From Patescibacteria group bacterium (GTDB lineage: Bacteria; Patescibacteriota; Minisyncoccia; Phycocordibacterales; UBA6065), in the NCBI GenBank assembly GCA_028866595.1, contig JAGWHV010000001.1, positions 1 to 50,420 on the forward strand: a stretch of DNA of 50,420 nt, given 5' to 3'. Of this stretch, positions 1 to 14,472 are shown piece after piece (within the stretch, counting starts at the first letter, position 1; each line of letters opens with the position of its first letter). Both the position numbers and the translations under genes were made by a program. The notes beneath the pieces are model-generated. The model did no database searches, was not told where the DNA came from, and was given only the letters and a program-made list of their open reading frames with translations.

Positions 1-2888
1 AGGAGCAGGAGATATTCCTCGCCGATTTCCCGCTCATGACCAATCACGGCACCTTCATCATAAACGGCATCGAACGCGTCATCGTACCCCAGCTGGCGCG
101 CTCGTTCGGCGTGTTCTTCACCTCTGACGAGCTCAAAGGCAAGACGGTCTTCGGCGCCAAGGTCATCCCTGCCCGCGGCGTCTGGCTCGAGATCGAGACC
201 GACACCGACGGCACGATATATGCTCGCATCGACAGGAAGCGCAAGTTCATGGTGACCGCTCTCCTCCGCGTCCTCGGCGCTGATACCGATGAAAAGATCC
301 TCGGCTACTTCAAAAACGACGAGGCCGCCAAAAAAGTCGTGGCCGCGTCTCTCGCCAAAGACACCGCCAAGACGATCTCTGACGCATATATAGAAATCCA
401 CAAACGCCTCCGCGATGGCGATCTCGCTACTGCCGATAACGCCAGGGATTTCATATCCAGCCTCTTCCATAAAGACCGGTACGACCTCTCGAACGTTGGC
501 CGTTTCCGCTTTAATAAGCGCTTTGGCAAGCCGATGACAGACAAAGAGCTCGAGAGGAAGACCATCGACGCCGACGATCTCGCCACGATCATAGGCAACA
601 TCATCCATCTCAACAATAAAGTCGACGCTGTCGAAGACGACATCGACCACCTTGGCAGCCGCCGCGTCCGGTACGTCGGCGAATTGATGCAGCAGAAGCT
701 CCGCGTCGGCCTTTCCCAGATGAAGCGCAACATCCAAGACAGGATGTCGACGATCGAGCCTGATACGACCCAGCCCTTGACGTTCGTGTCGCCGCGCCCT
801 CTCCAGGCTCGTCTCAAGGAATTCTTCACTACGAACCAGCTCTCGCAGTTCATGCAGCAGGAGAACATCCTTACCGAGCTCGAGCATCTCCGCACGCTCT
901 CGGCTCTCGGCCCGGGTGGCCTTACCCGCGAGCGCGCCGGCTTCGAAGTCCGCGACGTTCATCCGTCCCACTATGGCCGTCTCTGCCCGATCCACACCCC
1001 TGAAGGCCCGAACATCGGCCTCATTCTACGTCTGTCGACGTACGCCCGCCTCAACGATTTCGGCATGATCGAGACGCCGTATGCCAAGGTCAAGAACGGC
1101 AAGGTCACCAAGGAGATCATATATCTCAACGCTCTCGAGGAGGAAGGCTACCGCATCGCCCACGCCGCGACTTCGTATGACAAGTCGGGCGCCATCATCG
1201 AGGAATTCGCCGAGATCCGTCACAATGGCGGTCCTTCGATGGTTCGCCGCGAAGAAGTCGATTTCATAGACGTCTCGACGAATCAGGCGTTTTCGATCGC
1301 CACGAACATGATCCCATTCTTGAACCACGACGACGCCAACCGCGCGCTCATGGGTTCGAACATGCAGAAACAAGCCACACCGTGCATCATCCCTGAAGCG
1401 CCGCTCGTCGCGACCGGCATCGAGGCCAAAGCCGCCGAATACACCGGCCGTATCGTTCTCGCTCCCGAGGACGGCACGATCACAGGCGTCGACGCGAGCA
1501 AGGTCGTCTTCAAGAATCACAAAGGCAAAGAGACGACCTACAAGCTCGTCTCGTTCGAGAGGACGAACGGCTTTACCGCCTACCACCAGCGCCCTGTCGT
1601 CAATCTCGGTGACAAGGTCAAGAAAGGCCAGGTCCTTGTAGACGCTTCATCGTCCGACCAGGGCCAGATCGCTCTCGGTCAGAACATGCTCGTCGCTTTC
1701 ATGTCGTGGTCAGGCGCCAACTACGAAGACGCCATCATTCTGTCCGAGCGCGTCGTCAAGAATTCTAAATTCACCTCTATCCACATAGAGGAATTCGTGG
1801 TGAACGTCCGCGACACAAAGCTCGGCCCTGAAGTCACCACTCACGACATACCGAACGTCGGCGAAGGCAAGCTCAGGAACCTCGACGAAGACGGCATTAT
1901 CCGCATCGGCGCCGAGGTCCGTTCGGGCGACATCCTGGTCGGCAAGATTACGCCGAAGGGCGAGACCCAGCTCACGCCTGAAGAGCGCCTCCTCCGCTCG
2001 ATCTTCGGCGAGAAGGCCCGCGACGTCAAAGACACCTCTAAACGAATGGAAGGCGGCAAGCGCGGCCGCGTCATCTCCGTCAAAGTCTTCTCGCGCGAGA
2101 AAGGCGACAAGCTCGAGTCCGGCATCATCAAGCGCATCCACGTCGAAGTCGCTCAACTTCGTACCGTCTCCGTCGGCGACAAGCTCGCCGGCCGCCACGG
2201 CAACAAGGGCGTCATCTCTCGCATCCTTCCCGAGGAAGACATGCCGTACATGGCTGACGGAACGCCTATCGACGTCATCCTCACACCTCTCGGCGTGCCA
2301 TCCCGTATGAACCTCGGTCAGATTCTCGAACTCCACCTCGGCATGGCCGCGAATACTCTCAACTATCAGGCGATCGTGCCGCCATTCGCTGGTGCGACGG
2401 CGAACGAGATCAAGGCCGAGCTTAAAAAAGCGGGCTTGCCAGAGAACGGCAAGATCCCTCTCTACGACGGCCGCACCGGCGATAAATTCCAGCAGGACAT
2501 CTCTGTCGGCTACATGTACATCCTCAAACTGCATCACATGGTCGAAGACAAGATCCACATGCGCTCGATCGGTCCGTACTCTCTCATTACCCAACAGCCG
2601 CTCGGCGGCAAGGCTCAAGGCGGCGGCCAGCGCTTTGGCGAAATGGAAGTCTGGGCTCTCCTTGGTCACGGCGTCGCCCACACGCTCCGCGAGATCCTTA
2701 CCATCAAATCGGACGACATTCAGGGCCGCTCCGCCGCGTTCGATTCCATCGTCAAGGGCGAAAAGCTCCAACAGCCGAACATCCCGGCTTCGTTCCATGT
2801 GCTTCTGAATTCTCTCCGCGGCCTGGCCCTCGACGTCGAATTGCGCAAAGACGGCAAGGACATTAAAAGGACGAGCAAGACCGCTTAA
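1..2888 (+). CDS. rpoB: DNA-directed RNA polymerase subunit beta, 5' end truncated by window edge (codons in phase with position 3)
   Basis: The reading frame is open from position 3 (EQEIFLADFPLMTNHGTFIINGIERV...), so the gene starts upstream of the window. Classic beta-subunit motifs are present: GLTRERAGFEVRDVHPSHYGRLCPIHTPEGPNIGL, NMQKQA, GDKLAGRHGNKGVIS, GGQRFGEMEVWAL. Stop TAA at 2886-2888. rpoC follows 11 nt later. Confidence 0.97.
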   Translation, partial: EQEIFLADFPLMTNHGTFIINGIERVIVPQLARSFGVFFTSDELKGKTVFGAKVIPARGVWLEIETDTDGTIYARIDRKRKFMVTALLRVLGADTDEKILGYFKNDEAAKKVVAASLAKDTAKTISDAYIEIHKRLRDGDLATADNARDFISSLFHKDRYDLSNVGRFRFNKRFGKPMTDKELERKTIDADDLATIIGNIIHLNNKVDAVEDDIDHLGSRRVRYVGELMQQKLRVGLSQMKRNIQDRMSTIEPDTTQPLTFVSPRPLQARLKEFFTTNQLSQFMQQENILTELEHLRTLSALGPGGLTRERAGFEVRDVHPSHYGRLCPIHTPEGPNIGLILRLSTYARLNDFGMIETPYAKVKNGKVTKEIIYLNALEEEGYRIAHAATSYDKSGAIIEEFAEIRHNGGPSMVRREEVDFIDVSTNQAFSIATNMIPFLNHDDANRALMGSNMQKQATPCIIPEAPLVATGIEAKAAEYTGRIVLAPEDGTITGVDASKVVFKNHKGKETTYKLVSFERTNGFTAYHQRPVVNLGDKVKKGQVLVDASSSDQGQIALGQNMLVAFMSWSGANYEDAIILSERVVKNSKFTSIHIEEFVVNVRDTKLGPEVTTHDIPNVGEGKLRNLDEDGIIRIGAEVRSGDILVGKITPKGETQLTPEERLLRSIFGEKARDVKDTSKRMEGGKRGRVISVKVFSREKGDKLESGIIKRIHVEVAQLRTVSVGDKLAGRHGNKGVISRILPEEDMPYMADGTPIDVILTPLGVPSRMNLGQILELHLGMAANTLNYQAIVPPFAGATANEIKAELKKAGLPENGKIPLYDGRTGDKFQQDISVGYMYILKLHHMVEDKIHMRSIGPYSLITQQPLGGKAQGGGQRFGEMEVWALLGHGVAHTLREILTIKSDDIQGRSAAFDSIVKGEKLQQPNIPASFHVLLNSLRGLALDVELRKDGKDIKRTSKTA

Positions 2889-2899
2889 TAAAAACGACC

Positions 2900-6586
<3,687 letters not shown>

Positions 6587-6595
6587 GGGCACGAC

Positions 6596-6721
6596 GTGAG
6601 CGATTGCTTTGAGAAATGCACGGAAATTTCGGTGGACGAAATTTCCTCGTCTCAGCGCCGTTCGGGAATGTGCCCCCGGCACATTCCCGCTCCAAAGGCA
6701 TTTCTCAAAGCAATCGCTCAC
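6596..6721. repeat. 126-nt intergenic element A: perfect 24-bp outer inverted repeat enclosing two internal hairpins
   Basis: Outer arms GTGAGCGATTGCTTTGAGAAATGC (6596-6619) and GCATTTCTCAAAGCAATCGCTCAC (6698-6721) are perfect reverse complements. Inner hairpin 1: GGAAATTTCG/CGAAATTTCC (6622-6646). Inner hairpin 2: GGGAATGTGCC/GGCACATTCCC (6664-6688). The element starts 10 nt after the rpoC stop and has no U-tract. Confidence 0.8.
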
Positions 6722-6751
6722 GCTGTCTCGTATTCGTAGTATGATTCATCC

Positions 6752-8491
6752 ATGAGCACTCACGTCCAGGAAATCAAAGACAAGCTCGATATAGTCCAGG
6801 TGGTGGGCTCGTACATAAAATTGGATAAGACCGGCGCGAATTACAAAGCTCGGTGTCCTTTTCACAACGAAAAGACGCCGTCATTCTTCGTCTCGCCGGA
6901 TCGGGGCACGTTCTATTGTTTCGGCTGCCAGGCTAAAGGCGACATATTCACGTTTGTAGAGAAATTCGAGGGTCTCGATTTCATGGGCGCTTTGAAAGTG
7001 CTCGCCGATAGGGCAGGGGTCAAGCTCGACCGGACCGCCGATAGGCACGACAACCGCAAAGAGCTCCTCTACGAGATTCTTGAAAAGGCGACCGCCTACT
7101 TTGAGGAACAGCTCGCTGCCGAGCCGCATGCGAAAACATATATCCTCGGCCGCGGACTCGCCGAAAAGACCCTCGATACTTTCCGAGTCGGCTATGCGCC
7201 GAATGATTGGCGGCGCCTCCGGACGTATCTCAAGGACAAAGGCTATCACGACGAGGATGTCGCCGCTGTCGGGCTTATCAAGAAGACGGACAAGCCCAGC
7301 GGCGATCCTTATTACGACGTCTTCCGCGGCAGGATCATGTTCCCGATAGCTGATTCGTCGGGCAGGGTAGTGGCATTCTCCGGCAGGATCGTCGAGGACG
7401 ACGGCACATCGCCGAAATACCTCAACAGCCCAGAGACCGCCCTCTATGTGAAGTCGAAGATCCTCTACGGTCTCGACAAAGCGAAATCGGACATCAGAAA
7501 GCGCGGCTATTCTATCCTCGTCGAAGGCCAGATGGACCTCGTCATGTCGCACCAGGCGGGCTTCAGCAACACCGTGGCCGCTTCCGGTACGGCTTTCACA
7601 GAGGACGATGGCGCCGATTCAGCATTCGGCCTCTTGACGCGTCTCTCCGACAATATCGTCCTTGCGTTCGACTCTGACTCGGCGGGGCAGAAGGCCATAA
7701 AACGCATCGGCCCAGCCCTCGCTCTCGGCATGAACGTCAAAGTCGTCGATATCAAGGGCGGCAAAGATCCAGCTGATATCATCAAAGCCGATCCAAAAGA
7801 ATGGGCCAAAGCTCTCGAGACGAAAAAGGATTTCATCGATTATCTCGTGGACGCCATCGTCGACTCGAAAGCTCCGCCGGCGGTCATTGCCAAAGAGGTC
7901 AAGCAGAACCTTTTTCCATACGTCGCTGCTATTCCCGAGGACACGCCGCGTTTCCAGGCGATAAAGAAGATCGCCGAGAGGCTCTCGATCAGCGAAGACG
8001 CTCTTTGGAAGGATCTGCAGACATTCGTCAAAGCGAATCCGTCGAGATCGGCCGCCGCATCGGCCGCGGCCGATGCGGCGGACAAGCCAGCCCGCCTCGA
8101 CCGCCTTGAATCGATCGAGCGCAAGATCCTCGGACTCTTGCGCTCCAAGCGGTATTTCGGCGATGACGAGGCCAAAGAGAAAGAGTTGGTAGCGATCATA
8201 GGCGCCGACAGATCGAAAGCATTTGAAGCTCTGCCCCCGGACGACGTGGCCGCTCTGACGCTCGAGGCCGAGATCACCTACGGCGACATGCCCCCGCCGG
8301 CCGCTAACAAAGAATGGCGGATCCTCCTCTTGAATCTCGAGGAAGAATATGCCAAGCGCCGGCTCTCGGCGATGATGGTCGATCTCCACAAGGCGGAGAA
8401 AGCGAACGCCGATACGGCGCACCTTATACAGGATATCCACGTACTAACGAAGAGGATACAGGAAGTAAAAGATTTGGCGGAAAAAGCTTGA
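6752..8491 (+). CDS. dnaG: DNA primase
   Basis: CHC2 zinc finger CPFHNEKTPSFFVSPDRGTFYCFGCQAKGD. TOPRIM motifs ILVEGQMDLV and AFDSDSAGQKA. It sits directly upstream of rpoD, as in the macromolecular synthesis operon. Confidence 0.95.
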   Translation: MSTHVQEIKDKLDIVQVVGSYIKLDKTGANYKARCPFHNEKTPSFFVSPDRGTFYCFGCQAKGDIFTFVEKFEGLDFMGALKVLADRAGVKLDRTADRHDNRKELLYEILEKATAYFEEQLAAEPHAKTYILGRGLAEKTLDTFRVGYAPNDWRRLRTYLKDKGYHDEDVAAVGLIKKTDKPSGDPYYDVFRGRIMFPIADSSGRVVAFSGRIVEDDGTSPKYLNSPETALYVKSKILYGLDKAKSDIRKRGYSILVEGQMDLVMSHQAGFSNTVAASGTAFTEDDGADSAFGLLTRLSDNIVLAFDSDSAGQKAIKRIGPALALGMNVKVVDIKGGKDPADIIKADPKEWAKALETKKDFIDYLVDAIVDSKAPPAVIAKEVKQNLFPYVAAIPEDTPRFQAIKKIAERLSISEDALWKDLQTFVKANPSRSAAASAAADAADKPARLDRLESIERKILGLLRSKRYFGDDEAKEKELVAIIGADRSKAFEALPPDDVAALTLEAEITYGDMPPPAANKEWRILLLNLEEEYAKRRLSAMMVDLHKAEKANADTAHLIQDIHVLTKRIQEVKDLAEKA

Positions 8492-8497
8492 TATAAT
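8489..8497 (+). promoter_or_regulatory. extended -10 box TGaTATAAT for rpoD, overlapping the dnaG stop codon
   Basis: TG at 8489-8490 and TATAAT at 8492-8497. Only 8 nt separate the box from the rpoD ATG at 8506, and there is no Shine-Dalgarno sequence. Confidence 0.5.
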
Positions 8498-8505
8498 ACT
8501 CGAAC

Positions 8506-9708
<1,203 letters not shown>

Positions 9709-9745
9709 ACAGAATGAAAAAACCGCAGCTCTGGATGAGCGCGGT

Positions 9746-10204
9746 CTAAGGACCTTCGGAATCGTCGACAGCGTTGTTCGACGCGTGGGCCTGCATTGCG
9801 GCGCGAAAGACAGGATTGGCGAGTAGCGCCGCAAATCCTGCAAGCTCCAAGACCGCGGCGCTCGGTTCGTCTCCGATGCTCAGGCAGTAGAGGCCGGTGA
9901 GCATCAGCCCGCCGCCGATCGCGATGAGCAGGGCGGCGACGTGCTTCCTGAATAGGGCGTCCGCCCACTGGGGTCTCCAGGAGAGGACGCCGAGGGCGAA
10001 CCAGCCGACGATGAGGATGGCGCGCAGGGGCGTGCCGACCGGCTGGTATATCCCTGCGGCGACGAGCGTCGCGAGGATCACAGGCGTGAGTTCGACGAGA
10101 GCCGAGCGCCGCCAGTACTGGTTCCACCACGCCATCACGAAGACGGCCGCGGATGTGGACCCTAATATCCACGAACAGGTGTGGGCATTCATTCCAACGC
10201 CCAC
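9746..10204 (-). CDS. hypothetical integral membrane protein (about 4 predicted TM segments)
   Basis: Hydrophobic stretches are present (AAVFVMAWW, VILATLVAAGIY, ILIVGWFALGVL, LLIAIGGGLMLTGLY). Codon usage resembles the neighbours, and it lies downstream of the FKBP gene on the same strand. The start codon is uncertain. Confidence 0.55.
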   Translation of the reverse strand: MGVGMNAHTCSWILGSTSAAVFVMAWWNQYWRRSALVELTPVILATLVAAGIYQPVGTPLRAILIVGWFALGVLSWRPQWADALFRKHVAALLIAIGGGLMLTGLYCLSIGDEPSAAVLELAGFAALLANPVFRAAMQAHASNNAVDDSEGP

Positions 10205-10234
10205 ACTACATCTTATTTTTGGGACGTCAAGAGA

Positions 10235-10759
10235 TTACTGGCCTTGGTTGACGCCAAGGAGCTGTACGACGAACGTGAGAGTGGAATTCGCCGGGATAGG
10301 TCCAGCAGCCTGCGAGCCGTATCCAAGGGCAGGGGAGATGACGAGCTTCCTGGTGCCGCCGACTTTCATACCCGCTACGCCGAGATCCCAGCCTTTGATG
10401 ACTTGGCCGGCGCCGAGAGCGAACGTGAACGGCTGGCCGTGATCATACGAGCTATCGAATTTGGTGCCGTCGGCGAGGTAGCCAGTATAATTGACAGTGA
10501 CGCTGTCGCCTGATTGCGCCGGGGTGCCGGTTCCGACTTGTTCATCATAGATTTCGAGCCCTTGTATCGTAGACGTATTCTGCATGGTGGTCGTAGAAGA
10601 AGCCAAGCCTGTGACCGGCACCGACGGAGCGGCGCTCTGGTCAGCGACCTGCGCCGGTCCGGAGAACGCGCTCCAGATCGACTGGCCGAAGAATATATAA
10701 GCGACGGCCGCGATCGCGACGCCTACCGCCACCCACTCTCCAGTTCCGAATTTTCTCAT
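10235..10759 (-). CDS. FKBP-type peptidyl-prolyl cis-trans isomerase with N-terminal membrane anchor
   Basis: FKBP core VTVNYTGYLADGTKFDSSYDHGQPFTFALGAGQVIKGWDLGVAGMKVGGTRKLVISPALGYG. N-terminal TM segment WVAVGVAIAAVAYIFF. Confidence 0.9.
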   Translation of the reverse strand: MRKFGTGEWVAVGVAIAAVAYIFFGQSIWSAFSGPAQVADQSAAPSVPVTGLASSTTTMQNTSTIQGLEIYDEQVGTGTPAQSGDSVTVNYTGYLADGTKFDSSYDHGQPFTFALGAGQVIKGWDLGVAGMKVGGTRKLVISPALGYGSQAAGPIPANSTLTFVVQLLGVNQGQ

Positions 10760-10820
10760 AGATTATTTTATAAATTCCTGATGCTAATGCCCTGATATTG
10801 TACTATAATGGCACAGCATA

Positions 10821-12786
<1,966 letters not shown>

Positions 12787-12807
12787 AGGACGCCGCAAAA
12801 TAAAAAA

Positions 12808-12838
12808 CCATTCCCTAGGAGGGAACGGCTTCGTTTTT
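12808..12838. terminator. bidirectional hairpin terminator between tgt and the convergent 250-aa gene
   Basis: Stem CCATTCCCT/AGGGAACGG has one mismatch. It is followed by CTTCGTTTTT on the + strand and preceded by AAAAAA (a U-tract for the - strand). It overlaps the stop codon of the minus-strand gene. Confidence 0.5.
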
Positions 12839-13567
12839 GATGCCGAGGATGCGGCAGACGACCGCTAGATCGTCTTCGGCTGTGCCGAGCTCGCGGATGG
12901 TCTTCTCCTCCTGATCCGATCGGGCCTCGAGATCCCGGAGGGCTTTGCGGGCTTCTTCCAGGAGGAGCTCCATCTCGCGTATGTCCGAGCGCACCCTGTC
13001 CATATCGGCCTGAAGCTGGCCGTGGAGCATCCGGGCGATTTTTGCCCGCTCGGCCTTTGCCTTGAGATCGGACAAGCGCCCGTCGAGGCCGTCGCCCTCC
13101 CGCGGAATGGACCGCGGCTCCTCAGACGCTGCGGCCTCGATGGGCTGATCCGCCGACGTCGGCTCGGGCGGGAAGAGGATGACATTCTCCTCATGGCCCG
13201 TACTCGTAGCCTCGGCCTCTTGGCGATAGTGGCCGCCGGCGAAGCGGGAGAAGCAAAGCTCGAGGAGCTGGTTGGCGCGCAAGCCGCCGCCGCTCAAGAA
13301 GCATTCGAATCTCGTGCTATTATCGCCGTACTGGACGTTCATCTTGACGCCGTGCGCGGAGATCGCATGACGGACCTCGACGCCGAGGTGATGCCGTCCG
13401 CCGCTCTGGATCTTCTGGGTGATGACAAGGGTGAAGTCACCGGCGAGGCCAAGGGATGTGAGCATGTCTCGGACATAGCTCACGACCTCCGGCTTGTCGG
13501 TGACCGCGCCTTTGTTGGTTATGGTTAAGGGCGTTTCCGCCTTTAACGCATTTTGCATATTTTGCAT
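12815..13567 (-). CDS. hypothetical protein, N-terminal globular domain plus C-terminal coiled coil (250 aa)
   Basis: Host-like C-ending codon usage. The C-terminal heptad-like charged region reads LSDLKAKAERAKIARMLHGQLQADMDRVRSDIREMELLLEEARKALRDLEARSDQEEKTIRELG. I recognise no family. It has its own promoter (next feature). Confidence 0.65.
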   Translation of the reverse strand: MQNMQNALKAETPLTITNKGAVTDKPEVVSYVRDMLTSLGLAGDFTLVITQKIQSGGRHHLGVEVRHAISAHGVKMNVQYGDNSTRFECFLSGGGLRANQLLELCFSRFAGGHYRQEAEATSTGHEENVILFPPEPTSADQPIEAAASEEPRSIPREGDGLDGRLSDLKAKAERAKIARMLHGQLQADMDRVRSDIREMELLLEEARKALRDLEARSDQEEKTIRELGTAEDDLAVVCRILGIKNEAVPS

Positions 13568-13596
13568 TTTGGGATGTGGGGTTCGGTTTGATTTGC

Positions 13597-13625
13597 ATCC
13601 TACGGTTGATAACTATTGCTGTCAA
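13597..13625 (-). promoter_or_regulatory. sigma-70-type promoter for the 250-aa minus-strand gene
   Basis: On the minus strand there is a perfect -35 TTGACA (13625-13620), a 17-nt spacer and a -10 TAGGAT (13602-13597), about 30 nt upstream of the ATG at 13567. Confidence 0.45.
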
Positions 13626-13674
13626 TAGGATCATCTAGGCTCTTTGTTGAGCCGCGGCAACTGTTGTTCATACG

Positions 13675-13759
13675 TTATCCACGATTTATCCACCGGATAT
13701 CCACGAAAAATCATCCGGATATGGTTCGTTTTTCTTTACAAATCCACAGGTGTGGATAA
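13675..13759. promoter_or_regulatory. cluster of five DnaA-box-like 9-mers in a low-GC divergent intergenic region
   Basis: TTATCCACG (13675-13683), TTATCCACC (13686-13694), ATATCCACG (13697-13705), AAATCCACA (13740-13748), and TGTGGATAA (13751-13759, a perfect reverse-strand TTATCCACA). The last two form the palindrome ATCCACAggTGTGGAT. Confidence 0.6.
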
Positions 13760-13762
13760 AAT
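13735..13762 (+). promoter_or_regulatory. sigma-70-type promoter whose spacer is occupied by the palindromic DnaA-box pair
   Basis: -35 TTTACA (13735-13740), 16-nt spacer, -10 TAAAAT (13757-13762). The spacer contains AAATCCACAGGTGTGGA. Confidence 0.45.
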
Positions 13763-13835
13763 AGGTGCAGAAGGAGATAGCTCCTTAAACAATTTCCAGC
13801 TTCTTCCGGTAAAAACCAAACCAGAAGGAGTAAAA

Positions 13836-13925
13836 ATGCACACGAACGAAAACGGAATGGAGAGGTCGCCTCTCCTGATCGGCCCTTGGCCGCCCAGGAG
13901 TTGGTCGTCCACCGCTTTGGCCTAA
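13836..13925 (+). CDS. candidate 29-aa mini-ORF / leader peptide (MHTNENGMERSPLLIGPWPPRSWSSTALA)
   Basis: A strong Shine-Dalgarno GAAGGAG (13824-13830) lies 5 nt before the ATG. An upstream segment CTTCTTCCGG (13800-13809) can pair with CCAGAAGGAG (13821-13830) and sequester it. There is no homology evidence. Confidence 0.3.
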   Translation: MHTNENGMERSPLLIGPWPPRSWSSTALA

Positions 13926-14113
13926 AAGCCGTCGCGGAACACCTGTGATGATAGGTCCGGTTGTCCGGTTAGCCCGGATGGACTAGAGATCGCCCTTATT
14001 CCAGTCTGAAGGGCGGGGGGCTCGACCTCCACGAAATCAGACATCGTCATAACCTTTTCGTTCTTGCACAGGGACTTCGGTCCCGGGGGTCCTTGCCACG
14101 CGCGAGGACCCCT
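13859..14113 (+). other. GC-rich multi-hairpin region between the mini-ORF start and the next gene (candidate structured RNA / leader)
   Basis: Hairpins readable by eye: GGAGAGG-tcg-CCTCTCC (13859-13875); CGCCCTT...AAGGGCG (about 13991-14017); GGGAC-TTCG-GTCCC with a UUCG tetraloop (about 14071-14085); GGGGTCCT...AGGACCCC (about 14087-14113). I could not match it to any RNA family known to me. Confidence 0.3.
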
Positions 14114-14185
14114 TAATTGTTTTATGGACGTAGTACCAGTACGCCGGCACATCAGCTGGCGCTTTCAACCTTGCACAGGAGAGAC

Positions 14186-14422
14186 ATGAAGGAATGGCTG
14201 ATCCTTTACGGAGGAGGAGTATCGCATGGCGTCGTATACAAAGACAAGCTATATCGAAAGCCGTATGACATCCACGCTGCTAGAAACGGCGATGTTGGGT
14301 ACATTTTTCGGCGGCACACCGAGATACAGCTCAGGTTCGATTCCGAGCATCAGGCTTGGTACGAGACGAGAGAAGATCTCAAGAGATACATGTCCGAGCT
14401 GGTAGGCGCTCTTAGGTCTTAA
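14186..14422 (+). CDS. hypothetical protein (78 aa)
   Basis: RBS AGGAGA lies 3 nt before the ATG at 14186. An intrinsic terminator follows directly. Codon usage (AGA, AGG, CTA, GTA) differs from the surrounding housekeeping genes. Confidence 0.5.
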   Translation: MKEWLILYGGGVSHGVVYKDKLYRKPYDIHAARNGDVGYIFRRHTEIQLRFDSEHQAWYETREDLKRYMSELVGALRS

Positions 14423-14426
14423 AGCA

Positions 14427-14455
14427 GGCCCTCCTGACCAACGGAGGGCTTTTCT
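14427..14455 (+). terminator. intrinsic terminator
   Basis: Stem GCCCTCC (14428-14434) / GGAGGGC (14443-14449), followed by TTTTCT. Confidence 0.65.
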
Positions 14456-14472
14456 ATGGGGTAATGCTGTCC

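Noticed and set aside
8443-8451. Isolated DnaA-box-like 9-mers (ATATCCACG / CTATCCACG) inside coding regions, for example at 8443, about 31250, about 31470 and about 39030-39050.
   Set aside because: These are single, imperfect sites within ORFs, encoding ordinary peptide stretches and expected by chance. Only the intergenic cluster at 13675-13759, which includes a perfect box, is noteworthy.
13549-13598. Repeated CATTTTG / ATTTGCAT motifs around the start of the 250-aa gene; a possible iteron array was considered.
   Set aside because: There are only three short, irregularly spaced copies, and two of them are simply the duplicated first codons ATG-CAA-AAT. This is insufficient to call iterons.
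13560-13860. Reading the DnaA-box cluster as the chromosomal replication origin (oriC).
   Set aside because: There is no dnaA, dnaN or other origin-linked gene nearby. Nearly all genes on both sides, including rpoBC on the left, are on the + strand, so there is no orientation switch. I saw no obvious tandem AT-rich 13-mer-like unwinding repeats. I kept it as a DnaA-box finding, but oriC is not the favoured interpretation without a genome-wide skew analysis.
13922-14152. A 76-aa minus-strand ORF, with a possible 42-aa version starting MTMSDFVEVEPP, inside the structured spacer.
   Set aside because: It has only a weak RBS (AAAGG), a Pro/Gly/Ser-rich product without hydrophobic or recognisable features, and it overlaps the GC-rich hairpins. 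It cannot be excluded, so it is listed as an alternative under the mini-ORF finding.
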